From positions 67,542 to 131,541 of the forward strand of contig CAMDHZ010000008.1 of NCBI GenBank assembly GCA_945898275.1: DNA of 64,000 nucleotides, in the 5' to 3' direction. The DNA comes from Chitinophaga pinensis (GTDB lineage Bacteria > Bacteroidota > Bacteroidia > UKL13-3). A program made the translations under genes and the position numbers. This document shows positions 47,993-57,295 of the stretch, piece after piece (positions within the stretch are counted from its first letter, which is position 1; every line of letters begins with the position of its first letter). The notes under the pieces were generated by a model. The model saw only the letters and a program-made list of their open reading frames with translations, had not been told where the DNA came from and ran no database searches.

Positions 47993-50131
47993 TTGAAGAT
48001 TCCCCAACGTTTTAGTTTCTGGATAAATAGTGTATTGAATAGCTATGCACAAGTGTTTTTTAGCCTTAATAAAGTTTTGGCCATAACCTTGTTTGCAGTA
48101 ACCTTTATTAATCCAAGTGTTGGTGTATTCGGATTGCTAAGTGTCTTGGGCAGCAATGTGATGGCCTATGTTTTAGGCTTTGATAAAAAGCAAGTTGAAA
48201 AAGGGATTTATGGTTTTAATGCCTTGTTACTTGGCTTGGCATTGGGTTATTTATATGCCTTTTCACTTGCCTTTCTTTTATTATTCATCATTTCCATTTT
48301 TGCCGTTTTTTTTATCACAGCAGCTTTACAGGCCTCCATGGGTAAAATAAATTTACCATTTTTAAGCCTGCCATTTTTGTTTTGCTATTGGATGATTGCA
48401 TTGGCTTCTCCTCAATTAAGTGCCTTAAGTTTTAAGACTATACAAACTTTGCAAGTTGAATTTAGTTACTTTGAATTTCCAGCTTTTTGGAAAGTGTTTT
48501 TTAATACGCTATCTGCTACCTTTTTCAATAAATCTGTTTGGGGTGGTTTATTAATTGCAATTGCGTTGTTTCTTTCCTCGAGAATTGCATTTAGCTTAGC
48601 CTTATTAGCCTACCTTTCTGCTTATGGTGCTTATCAAGTTTTTGGCGTGGATGTAGCAGCATTAACAGATAACTTGGTTGGTTCAAACTTTATCTTTTTT
48701 GGAATTGCAATTGGCTGCTTTTACCTTATTCCAAATGTGTATTCTTATTTAACAGTGATTGTTTTTACACCAATTTTAATGCTGTTATTGGTCGGTTTGA
48801 ACCAAGCGTTTGCGGTGTTTCATTTAAATGGGTTTACCCTCGCTTTTACTTTGTTAACCATGTTGGTATTGTATGCCTTACACCACAGGTGGATTCCTCG
48901 CTTTTTATACTTGGTGCAAATCCAGTATTATTCTGCAGAAACTACAATTTATAAATATCTAAGCGCAGTAAAAAGGTTAAAATATGCGCAACACAATCAA
49001 TTTGCACTTCCCTTTTTTGGAAGCTGGAAGGTAAGTCAAGGGTATGATGGAAAATTAACTCACTTGGGCGAATGGAGTAATGCCTTAGATTTTGTAATTA
49101 GCGATGAGCAAAACAAAACGTATCAGCTAAGTGGATTAAAAATGAGTGATTATTATTGCTACAATAAACCTGTTTTAGCTCCTGCTGATGGGCTCGTGAT
49201 TCAGATTGTTAATCACATAGACGATAATGAAGTTGGTGAGGTGGATACCAAACAAAATTGGGGAAATACCATTATTCTTAAACATGCCGAAGGTTTGTTT
49301 TCTCAAATAAGTCATCTGAAGAAAGATTCTTTTAAAGTTAATGAAGGCGCATGGGTGAGCAAAGGAACTGTTATAGCAAGTTGTGGAGCAAGTGGAAGGT
49401 CTCCAGAGCCACATATTCATTTTCAAATTCAACAATCTCCTTTGATTGGTTCAAAAACTTTGATTTACCCAATTGCTTATTATATGAGTCAAGATGTTTC
49501 TGGATTGCAGTTAAATTATTTTGAGATACCAAAAGAAGATGCGCTCATTTTTAATGTAGAAACCCAAACTTCTTTAAAGCAAGCTTTCGATTGGCAACCT
49601 GGCAAAAAATTAGTTTGGTTCAACCAAAAACATCCTTCTAAATTAACCAGTTTTGAAGTGTTTACAGACGCCTATAATAGAACTTATATTTTTTGCGCTT
49701 CAACAGGTTCTTACGCCTATTTCATTAATGATGGCTCTCGCTTTTACTTTACAGATTTTGAAGGGGATAAGAAGGGTTTTCTTTTTCAATTGTATCTATC
49801 TTGTTTTTCTGTTTTATTAGCGCATTATCCCTCGCTCAAAATGAAAGATAACATCCCACAAATACATTTTCAAGTGCCAATATTGCATTGGATTCAAGAT
49901 GTAATTGCGCCATTTTATGTGTTTAACAAAGTTGTTTTCGAAGGTGAAAGTAGTTTAACTAATAGTTCTGCAATGCAGTCTAATTATTTGCTTTCAAGTG
50001 AAATTGTAACGCGTTTTATGGGGTTAAAAGTAGCAGCTCAAAGTTACAAAGTTGCTATTGGAAAGAAGGGCTTAGAAAAAATAGAATTTCAACAAAATGG
50101 TGTTAATGAAGAGTGGCTATGCATAAACTAA
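47993..50131 (+). CDS. Urea-transporter-like membrane domain fused to M23 peptidase domain
   Basis: SYAQVFF, GIYGFNALL, LSLPF, about 10 TM helices. Then SQG....H.....ALDF, PVLAPADG, WGN.IILKH, SHLK, G.SGRSPEPHIHFQ. Confidence 0.82.
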   Translation: MKIPQRFSFWINSVLNSYAQVFFSLNKVLAITLFAVTFINPSVGVFGLLSVLGSNVMAYVLGFDKKQVEKGIYGFNALLLGLALGYLYAFSLAFLLLFIISIFAVFFITAALQASMGKINLPFLSLPFLFCYWMIALASPQLSALSFKTIQTLQVEFSYFEFPAFWKVFFNTLSATFFNKSVWGGLLIAIALFLSSRIAFSLALLAYLSAYGAYQVFGVDVAALTDNLVGSNFIFFGIAIGCFYLIPNVYSYLTVIVFTPILMLLLVGLNQAFAVFHLNGFTLAFTLLTMLVLYALHHRWIPRFLYLVQIQYYSAETTIYKYLSAVKRLKYAQHNQFALPFFGSWKVSQGYDGKLTHLGEWSNALDFVISDEQNKTYQLSGLKMSDYYCYNKPVLAPADGLVIQIVNHIDDNEVGEVDTKQNWGNTIILKHAEGLFSQISHLKKDSFKVNEGAWVSKGTVIASCGASGRSPEPHIHFQIQQSPLIGSKTLIYPIAYYMSQDVSGLQLNYFEIPKEDALIFNVETQTSLKQAFDWQPGKKLVWFNQKHPSKLTSFEVFTDAYNRTYIFCASTGSYAYFINDGSRFYFTDFEGDKKGFLFQLYLSCFSVLLAHYPSLKMKDNIPQIHFQVPILHWIQDVIAPFYVFNKVVFEGESSLTNSSAMQSNYLLSSEIVTRFMGLKVAAQSYKVAIGKKGLEKIEFQQNGVNEEWLCIN

Positions 50132-51432
50132 TAATAGGTTTTTTATTGTTATTTTCTTTCGTTTCAAATGCTCAAACGCCTGCTGAAACTTATATTGATA
50201 GTCTTAGTTATGCCTTTTTTAATCAGTATGACTATTCAGAATTAAAACAACTCGGCAAAGAAAGTTTAAAGCAAGGAATAGATTTCTTTTACCTCAGAAC
50301 GCGATTGGGAATTGTTGCTTTTAGAGAGGCAAATTATGAAGCAGCTTGGCATCATTTTGAAAAAGCAGAAAAAATGCAATCTGGCGATAATGTGGTTTTA
50401 GAATATCTCTATTGGAGTTACGTATATACAGGACAAAATGATAAGGCAAATGCCTTGTATGAAAAATATCAAAGTTTGGTTCAAAGCATTCTCCCTGGAA
50501 TAGCCAATAAACAACAAAGCGAAATTGAAATAGGCACACTGCAAACCCAAAACCAAAAGAATTACTTTGATCAGGTGTTAAGAAAAACGGGTGATGCCTA
50601 TGCTGGTGGGAGTTTCTTTTCTTCCATGCATTACTTAAGGTTGTATCATGAACAAAGATTTAAACATAATTGGAGAATCTTTGCTGGTGCTGGAATGTAT
50701 CAGGTGCAAAGTTTTTCAAATGTTTGGACCGAAAACCAATTTCCACCACCCGATAGCTTTTCCTTAAGCCAAAGCGATCCAAATGTTCAGCTTAATTTTG
50801 GTTTATCAAAGTTGTTTTCAAAGGGCATTCGTGCATCTTTTTCTGCAAGTTATTATCATGAAAGATTTACCTCAAATGGTCAGAATACTCAACAGAGTTT
50901 GCTATCTAATAATTATTATGGTGTTGCTGCGGCTATAAGTAAGCGATTTAAATCGTTTGAGCCTGTTGTATTAGTTTCAGTTTTTGATGTTGACGCTGCC
51001 GATAGAATTCAAGTTGAGGCTGGAATTACTTTATTCCCATTTAAAAAGAATAACTTCTTTTCTTTTTCTTCAATTGGTTATGCAAATAATCAGTTTACAC
51101 AAACAAGTGGTTTGATAGCTTTACAGAAATTGGGTTATCATTTTAACAAAAGCACCATGGTTCAAACTTCTTTTTTATATGGTGAGCTAGATAACTATAT
51201 GGGAAATCTAGGATTTGTTACCCTCAATACTTTCGATCCAGTTGATTGGATTGGTTCGGTTCAAGCCGAATTTAAAAAAGGTAAATTAACTTGGTTACCA
51301 GGGTATCAATTGCAATCAAGAAGTAGTTTTTATTCACAATCTCAATCTCTAAACAATATTGAAGATTATAGCAATACAGAATATTCTTATTTTAGTCACT
51401 TAATTTATTTAACCTTAAGATATACACCTTAA
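50119..51432 (+). CDS. Exported protein with N-terminal TPR and C-terminal beta-rich (putative outer-membrane barrel) region
   Basis: Signal peptide, YLRTRLGIVAF..NYEAA..HFEKA TPR, alternating aromatic strands, ends YLTLRYTP. Confidence 0.6.
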   Translation: MHKLIIGFLLLFSFVSNAQTPAETYIDSLSYAFFNQYDYSELKQLGKESLKQGIDFFYLRTRLGIVAFREANYEAAWHHFEKAEKMQSGDNVVLEYLYWSYVYTGQNDKANALYEKYQSLVQSILPGIANKQQSEIEIGTLQTQNQKNYFDQVLRKTGDAYAGGSFFSSMHYLRLYHEQRFKHNWRIFAGAGMYQVQSFSNVWTENQFPPPDSFSLSQSDPNVQLNFGLSKLFSKGIRASFSASYYHERFTSNGQNTQQSLLSNNYYGVAAAISKRFKSFEPVVLVSVFDVDAADRIQVEAGITLFPFKKNNFFSFSSIGYANNQFTQTSGLIALQKLGYHFNKSTMVQTSFLYGELDNYMGNLGFVTLNTFDPVDWIGSVQAEFKKGKLTWLPGYQLQSRSSFYSQSQSLNNIEDYSNTEYSYFSHLIYLTLRYTP

Positions 51433-51434
51433 TT

Positions 51435-52040
51435 ATGAACAAGCTAATACTCTCTGTTTTCATGTTAATCTCCGGATTTTCAGCCCTAGCTCAAGAAAAT
51501 TTAAAGATTGCTTTTCAAAAAAGTTATGAGCAAGAAAAGGCTAAGCAATACAAAGAAGCTTTGCAAACCATCATGGCTTTTAATGACCCAAGTGTTTATG
51601 AAACTCAATTAAGGTTGGGCTGGTTAAATTATTTAGCTGGCAATTTTGCTAAGTCAGCAGAGCATTATCAAAAGGCTGGAGACTTAGTTCCTACTGCTAT
51701 AGAGCCACTTTGGGGCATTATTTATCCTTTGAGTGCTTTAGAAAAATGGACCAACGTAGAAAATGTATACAAAGAAATATTAAGGCGTGACCCAAAGAAT
51801 ACCAAAGCAAATTATTACATGGGATTAATTTATTATAATAGGAAAGATTATACCAATGCTAAAAAGTTTTTAATGGAGGTATATCAACTTTATCCTTTCG
51901 ATTTAGATGCTTGTTTGCTTTTGGGCTGGACGCATTATTTCTTGGGCAATAAAGTGGAGGCCAAAAAGATGTTTAACAAGGTTTTACTGCAACAATCAAC
52001 CAATGCTTCGGCCAAAGAAGGCTTAGGTTTGTGTGGTTAA
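51435..52040 (+). CDS. Exported TPR protein
   Basis: Signal peptide; LRLGWLNYLAG, ANYYMGLIYY, LLLGWTHYFLG TPR units. Confidence 0.85.
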   Translation: MNKLILSVFMLISGFSALAQENLKIAFQKSYEQEKAKQYKEALQTIMAFNDPSVYETQLRLGWLNYLAGNFAKSAEHYQKAGDLVPTAIEPLWGIIYPLSALEKWTNVENVYKEILRRDPKNTKANYYMGLIYYNRKDYTNAKKFLMEVYQLYPFDLDACLLLGWTHYFLGNKVEAKKMFNKVLLQQSTNASAKEGLGLCG

Positions 52041-52073
52041 ACCCGAATGATTACATTTGGAAAAATTATTCCA

Positions 52074-52463
52074 TTGAAAGACTTTAAGAAATACTATATC
52101 ATTACAGCCACGCCAGAGGAGGTTTATTTGGCTTTAACCACCGAAATTACCATTCAATTATGGACCAGTGATTTTGCGCATTTTGTTGCAGAGCCGGGTA
52201 CTGAATTTTCTATGTGGGATGGTAGTATTATTGGAAAAAATTTAGTACTTGAACCGAGTAAAAAAATTGAGCAACAATGGTATTTTGGAGAAGAAGAAAC
52301 AGATACGCCAAGTATTGTTACCATCAAATTACATGAACACAAGCAGGGAACCTCGATGGAAGTAAGGCAAAGTAATATTCCTGATGAAGCTTATGATGAT
52401 ATTACTGAAGGCTGGGACAACTCTTATGCAGGCGCATTGCAAGAGTTTTATGAGGAAGATTAA
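52074..52463 (+). CDS. SRPBCC/AHSA1 domain protein
   Basis: ATPEEVYLALT, GTEFSMWDGSI, EQQW.F, EGW. TTG 52074 preferred because TACATTTG at 52052 lies inside the longer start at 52047. Confidence 0.85.
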   Translation: MKDFKKYYIITATPEEVYLALTTEITIQLWTSDFAHFVAEPGTEFSMWDGSIIGKNLVLEPSKKIEQQWYFGEEETDTPSIVTIKLHEHKQGTSMEVRQSNIPDEAYDDITEGWDNSYAGALQEFYEED

Positions 52464-52497
52464 TTAAATCTGTTTGATCTAAGTTTAATAGTTTAGA

Positions 52498-53268
52498 TTA
52501 TTTATGTCTGAACCAACAATCCTTTCGCTCATTTTCATACATTTTAAAAATAGTGTTAACGGGTGTGCCGTGTATTAATTGGCTGTTAAATTGAGTTCTT
52601 GCTAGGTAATTAAAGGCTCCCATGTCGCCCGTATATTCGCTTTGATTGTCTAGGTTGTATTTTAAATGGATGTCACAGAGTTTTTGAATTAGTTCTTTCA
52701 TCACAGTAATGTTTCCTCCAATGATGCCGCAATTTAGGAGGAAATCATTTGCATGCTGCTCCTCGAAATCAACATAATCCTTAATTTTACTGCGCAAGTG
52801 GGTTGAATGTGCATGCATCCATTCGTTGTTAAGGATGATTGGCTCATCTCCGCAGAAGATAGCTTGAGGATTTTCCAAAAATAGTTGCTCCTTAAAAGGG
52901 TTTTTAACCACAACTACATCCGCGATATCGGTTACAAAAATACTTTCTAATTTATGAAAGTGTTTTTCAATAAAATCTCTATAAACAAAATAACGATAGG
53001 TATTTGTGTTGAACTGAGGGTTAAAATCTACTTTAACAAATTTGATGTATTCAGTTTCAAATTGCTTGCAGGTTTCGTTGGAAAATTTGTTGTGAAAAAT
53101 AACCCCATGAAGTTTTAAGGCTGAGATAGATTCTGCCCATTCTCGCACCAATTCATAATAGTCATCTGGTAAAGTAGTTTTTCTATTGACATCATATATA
53201 CCAGAAAAAAGACAAGCCAAGATTAGGTTTTTGGAAGTTGGAATGTAATTCCGAATTTCATCTGCCAT
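52498..53268 (-). CDS. Hypothetical protein, GT-A-like
   Basis: YRYFVY, FVTDIADV (DxxD), LLNCGIIGG, GDMGAFN. Coupled to the GT2 gene. Confidence 0.55.
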   Translation of the reverse strand: MADEIRNYIPTSKNLILACLFSGIYDVNRKTTLPDDYYELVREWAESISALKLHGVIFHNKFSNETCKQFETEYIKFVKVDFNPQFNTNTYRYFVYRDFIEKHFHKLESIFVTDIADVVVVKNPFKEQLFLENPQAIFCGDEPIILNNEWMHAHSTHLRSKIKDYVDFEEQHANDFLLNCGIIGGNITVMKELIQKLCDIHLKYNLDNQSEYTGDMGAFNYLARTQFNSQLIHGTPVNTIFKMYENERKDCWFRHK

Positions 53269-53921
53269 TAAACTTGTGGAATTAGATTTTGCTTTTTAAG
53301 AGATGAACAAATGCTATTGGGAACATTTCTATAATAAACATAAGTTCTTAGGTTAGCTTTTTTTACCCTAAATTGTTTTTTGGCTCGAGCAAAAAATTCT
53401 GCATCTGCTGCAAAACTGTCCCTAAAAAATAGAGTTGTAAATACTTCTCTTCTCCCAAATAAGGTGGCAAATAAGGTACATTCATCTACATGTATTAAGC
53501 GAGTTATGTCATTTTTATCCGGAACATAATAGTCTTCCAAACTATCCACAACTGTTTCTGTAGAAGAAGAAATTAAATCTACATAATCCATTTCTTGCAG
53601 GCAGGCGCTTAAGTGATGCGGTTTATAGGCATCATCGCTGTCAATGATGGTAATAAATTCTCCCACACTCTTAACTATCCCGCGATTGATAGACTGTGAT
53701 TGACCGCAGTTGCTATGTCTCATGTAAATGATTTTATCTTCATTTAATTCAACATATTTTGCAATTTTACGGCTGCAACTCAACTCACTGCCATCGTCAA
53801 TAATAATAAATTCAAAATCTTGCAAATCTTGGTTCAAAACCGAATCTATAGCCCTCTTTACCAATGCGAAATCAGTATTGTAAACAGCCATTAAAACAGA
53901 TACTTTTACTTGATTTGACAT
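53268..53921 (-). CDS. Glycosyltransferase family 2
   Basis: VSVLMAVYN, IIDDGS, N.G, IDSDD. Confidence 0.9.
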   Translation of the reverse strand: MSNQVKVSVLMAVYNTDFALVKRAIDSVLNQDLQDFEFIIIDDGSELSCSRKIAKYVELNEDKIIYMRHSNCGQSQSINRGIVKSVGEFITIIDSDDAYKPHHLSACLQEMDYVDLISSSTETVVDSLEDYYVPDKNDITRLIHVDECTLFATLFGRREVFTTLFFRDSFAADAEFFARAKKQFRVKKANLRTYVYYRNVPNSICSSLKKQNLIPQV

Positions 53922-54093
53922 TATTTTTCTTAAATAAGAAGTTACGAATGTAATTGCCGTATCTTAAGAATAGGTTAAGTTAAATTTAATATTACAAACT
54001 ACCTTACCTTATAAAAGTATTTTTGGATTACTTTTTCAAAATGAAAATTTTTAAGTCAAATGGTTTTTCTTTGAGTTAACAAAACCAAAAATC

Positions 54094-55467
54094 ATGAAAC
54101 GAAAAATTTACTTTTTAGCTTTATTTTTCTTAAGTTATAGCGCTGCTATTGCACAAATTTCGCCAGATTTAACGGGTAGACTGCAAAACACACTTGATAG
54201 TATTTGCACAAAATACAAGGTTAAAGGTGCTTCTGCTGCTTTGCTTTTGCCTAATGTTGGCACATGGACAGGCACCTTTGGAATCTCTAAACCAGGTGTA
54301 CCCATATCTCCACAAATGGCCTTAGGAATGGGTAGCAATACCAAAACCTATATTGCAGCTCTCCTGCTAAAATTACAAGAAAAAGGTTTGTTAGATTTAG
54401 ATGATTCTATTGGTAAATGGATTCAAGGTTACCCAAACATCAATACCAGCGCTAGCATTAGGCAATGCCTAAATCACACCTCTGGTAATAAAGAATATTT
54501 GAACGCTAGTTTTAACGATAGCCTTCTTTTAAATCCACCTAAAATCTGGACCATGGAAGAAGTATTAAGTACTGTTGGTGCGCCCAACTTTGCACCTGGA
54601 GCTTCTTGGGGCTATTCAAATACCAATTTTATAGTAGCTGGAATCATTATTGAAAAGGTGGCTAAAATGTCTTTTGCCAATGCAATGAGTGTTTATGTTC
54701 TTGAACCTAATAATTGGAATAGTACTTTCTTTTTTGGCGAACCAAATCCGGCACCTATTCCTAGTCAGTGGACCATGAACCTTACAGGAACCAGCTTGGT
54801 TGAAATGAATACTTATCCAATAAATATTATCAATCAATTGTTTAGTGCTGCGGGCCCCGCAGGGGCCATGATGGTAACAGCAGAGGAGAATGTTCAATTC
54901 TGGTACAAACTTATCAAAGGTGATTTATTATCTAAAGCATCGCTTCAAGAAATGACCAGCACCGTTAGGCTAAATAATTCTGTGTCTTATGGCCTTGGAA
55001 TTTTTAGGTATAACAGAGAAATAAATAACCGCACTATATACTGTCATGGCGGAACTTTTATTGGCTTCATCAACGAGAATGCAGTTGACACACTTTCGGG
55101 CGTTACCATTTCTGTATTAACCAATCAAGATAGTTTAGATAACGATTTTCTGTTATCTGTAGTTATTCCAGCCTTGCACAAACATGTGCTTAATGCGCCG
55201 CCAACTGGCATAGATGACTTTAACAACAATGCCTCATTTAAACTTTTTCCAAATCCTGCCAATGATTTTGTGAATATCGATTATCCTTTGGCTAATGCAA
55301 ATGATGTTTGCCAAATCATTGATATCAATGGGAGAATTGTGAAGCAACAGTTCTTGGTTCAAACCAAGCTAAACCTTACCGACTTAAACAATGGCGTTTA
55401 TTTCTTGCAAATTTTTAAGCACAATGGCAATGCTGTTTTAACGCAAAAACTTGTTGTAGCACACTAA
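54094..55467 (+). CDS. Serine hydrolase of the beta-lactamase/D-peptidase family with T9SS domain
   Basis: GSNTK (SxxK), LNHTSG, YSN, HGG; C-terminal LFPNPA...GVYFL. Confidence 0.9.
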   Translation: MKRKIYFLALFFLSYSAAIAQISPDLTGRLQNTLDSICTKYKVKGASAALLLPNVGTWTGTFGISKPGVPISPQMALGMGSNTKTYIAALLLKLQEKGLLDLDDSIGKWIQGYPNINTSASIRQCLNHTSGNKEYLNASFNDSLLLNPPKIWTMEEVLSTVGAPNFAPGASWGYSNTNFIVAGIIIEKVAKMSFANAMSVYVLEPNNWNSTFFFGEPNPAPIPSQWTMNLTGTSLVEMNTYPINIINQLFSAAGPAGAMMVTAEENVQFWYKLIKGDLLSKASLQEMTSTVRLNNSVSYGLGIFRYNREINNRTIYCHGGTFIGFINENAVDTLSGVTISVLTNQDSLDNDFLLSVVIPALHKHVLNAPPTGIDDFNNNASFKLFPNPANDFVNIDYPLANANDVCQIIDINGRIVKQQFLVQTKLNLTDLNNGVYFLQIFKHNGNAVLTQKLVVAH

Positions 55468-55513
55468 AAACTATTTTTTAAATAAGTTTCGGTTTGAACC
55501 AAACACCGATAAT

Positions 55514-55549
55514 AAAAATGCCGACTCAAAATTATGAGTCGGCATTTTT
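55514..55549. terminator. Bidirectional Rho-independent terminator
   Basis: AAAAATGCCGACTCA-AAATTA-TGAGTCGGCATTTTT between convergent genes. Confidence 0.88.
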
Positions 55550-56148
55550 TATTTAAAATTTACTTTTAAGCCTATAGCGCGGTTTTCTATGCCAGGGCTG
55601 TAAACTAAATAAAGTGTTTTTCCTTTCAATTCTTTTAAATCAATGTTGCTTTTTCCAGGTTCAAAAATACTGCTAACACTTCTTAAGCCTATCCAATTAT
55701 CCTTTGTGGTTCCCCAAACTTGATCAAATCGAATAAATTCCTCATCCTCAGAAAACGCATATAGGCAGTGGTAACCGTCAGAAGCATTGTTTACAACACT
55801 TAAATCATGGTCTTGGTTCTTACTGTTTTCGGCAAAGGTTTGTGGTGGCGTAAATACATCAATTTTCTCTAATTGATTGAGGTTGGCATAATGATAGGCC
55901 ATCGAATCATAACTGCAATTTAGAAACACACAATCTGTATTTTGGGTAGAAAAGTATAATCTAAAAGAGTCTGTGCTTAAAACAATTTCTTTAGTTTTAT
56001 CTGTTATCACCAAGCTGTCTTTTCCTTGCACAATGCTAAGAGTGGTTTTAGGAAGAGTATCATTTGAATTGATCCAATTCCCCATTAACTTTTGGTTCAA
56101 ACCAAATGAAAACAGAAGGACAATAATAATTATGTGTTTAAATTTCAT
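55549..56148 (-). CDS. Exported hypothetical protein
   Basis: 199-aa ORF with hydrophobic N-terminus; no family recognised. Confidence 0.65.
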   Translation of the reverse strand: MKFKHIIIIVLLFSFGLNQKLMGNWINSNDTLPKTTLSIVQGKDSLVITDKTKEIVLSTDSFRLYFSTQNTDCVFLNCSYDSMAYHYANLNQLEKIDVFTPPQTFAENSKNQDHDLSVVNNASDGYHCLYAFSEDEEFIRFDQVWGTTKDNWIGLRSVSSIFEPGKSNIDLKELKGKTLYLVYSPGIENRAIGLKVNFK

Positions 56149-56200
56149 AATTGTTTTTTTATTTCATTTTATGATTAAACAATTAATGCAAAAAAATGGC

Positions 56201-56233
56201 AAAAAAAAAGACCCAAAATATTTTGGGTCTTTT
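56201..56233 (-). terminator. Terminator downstream of tRNA-Val
   Basis: AAAAGACCCAAAA-TA-TTTTGGGTCTTTT hairpin; the A-run reads as a U-run on the minus strand. Confidence 0.8.
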
Positions 56234-56234
56234 G

Positions 56235-56309
56235 TGGAGGCTATAGGATTCGAACCTATGACCCTCTGCTTGTAAGGCAGATGCTCTAAACCAACTGAGC
56301 TAAGCCTCC
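56235..56309 (-). tRNA. tRNA-Val (anticodon TAC), CCA not encoded
   Basis: Minus strand GGAGGCTTAGCTCAGTTGGTTTAGAGCATCTGCCTTACAAGCAGAGGGTCATAGGTTCGAATCCTATAGCCTCCA folds to a cloverleaf. TATCTTTG -7 element at 56334-56341. Confidence 0.96.
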
Positions 56310-56428
56310 TATTGTATTCCCGAAAGGGGAGTGCAAAGATAATTTTGAAGTGGATATTTGCAAGCCTTTTCTTAAAAATGTTTAGTTAAACAGGATTATA
56401 ATTATTCTATTTATTCAAAATCAAGCGC

Positions 56429-56725
56429 TTAATTTTCTTTTTTGATACTAATATATTGCTTTAGGTTTTTAACATAAGCTTCAAATGCAGCAATTCCATC
56501 TTTGCTGATTTTACAAGTAGTTAGAGGGAAATTGTCTTTAAATGATTTCTCAATTTCAATATAACCTGCCTCTTTTAGCTTTTGCAATTGAACACTTAAG
56601 TTTCCTGCAGTTGCTCCAGTTTTCTCTTTTAAAAATGTAAAGTCGGCTTCTTTTACCGAAATCAAAAGTGATATGACGGCCAACCTAAGTTGAGAATGAA
56701 GTATCGGGTCAAGCTCCTTAAACAT
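56429..56725 (-). CDS. Winged-helix transcriptional regulator (ArsR/MarR-like)
   Basis: LDPILHSQLRLAV, DFTFLKE, TAGNLSVQL.KL..AGYI...K.F, G..AF..Y. Confidence 0.88.
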   Translation of the reverse strand: MFKELDPILHSQLRLAVISLLISVKEADFTFLKEKTGATAGNLSVQLQKLKEAGYIEIEKSFKDNFPLTTCKISKDGIAAFEAYVKNLKQYISIKKEN

Positions 56726-57290
56726 TCTTTTTAAATAACATATTTAGTAAATGTTCTGGAACTACAAATCCAGCCAAAACGCCAGCAGCTAACAATAACA
56801 ATTGATGTTGATAAGGCATAAAAAAAGCTATTGCACCCAATGCCCAAACAGCTAAAGCCCCATATTGTAAGGGCTTAAACCTGAGAATACCGCCTGATAC
56901 AAACAATGCAAAAGCATAAACTACCATCAGAGTTGGAAAGAATGAACGCCAGTTGTTTTGTGTCATTGGCATGATAAAACAAACAATAAATAAACTGATG
57001 GTAAAGGCAATCATTAAATGTCTGAACATTTCGTCAATGTAGGTTATGGTTGTTTGTTTTTTCTTGTCTTTAATACCTTTAATAATACTCACCAATCCTC
57101 CAAAAGGCATTGCAATAGCCCATACTAAGGCATGTTTCGGGTGATTCATCATCAGCATTATATAATCTGTTATGGCAGATAAAAATACTAAATAACCCCA
57201 AAACATATAGTAAAAACCATTGTCTTTGATTTCTCTTTTTGCACTTAGAATCATGTTTTCTATAAGTGCCAAGGCTTGATTTGTTTCCAT
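56718..57290 (-). CDS. Membrane protein, about 6 TM, coupled to the wHTH regulator
   Basis: ALALIENMI, FWG, several hydrophobic segments. Confidence 0.75.
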   Translation of the reverse strand: METNQALALIENMILSAKREIKDNGFYYMFWGYLVFLSAITDYIMLMMNHPKHALVWAIAMPFGGLVSIIKGIKDKKKQTTITYIDEMFRHLMIAFTISLFIVCFIMPMTQNNWRSFFPTLMVVYAFALFVSGGILRFKPLQYGALAVWALGAIAFFMPYQHQLLLLAAGVLAGFVVPEHLLNMLFKKNV

Positions 57291-57295
57291 TTTGT

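Noticed and set aside
56235..56309. tRNA-Val as an island integration site
   Set aside because: No integrase nearby and no duplicate of the tRNA 3' end was seen in the window.
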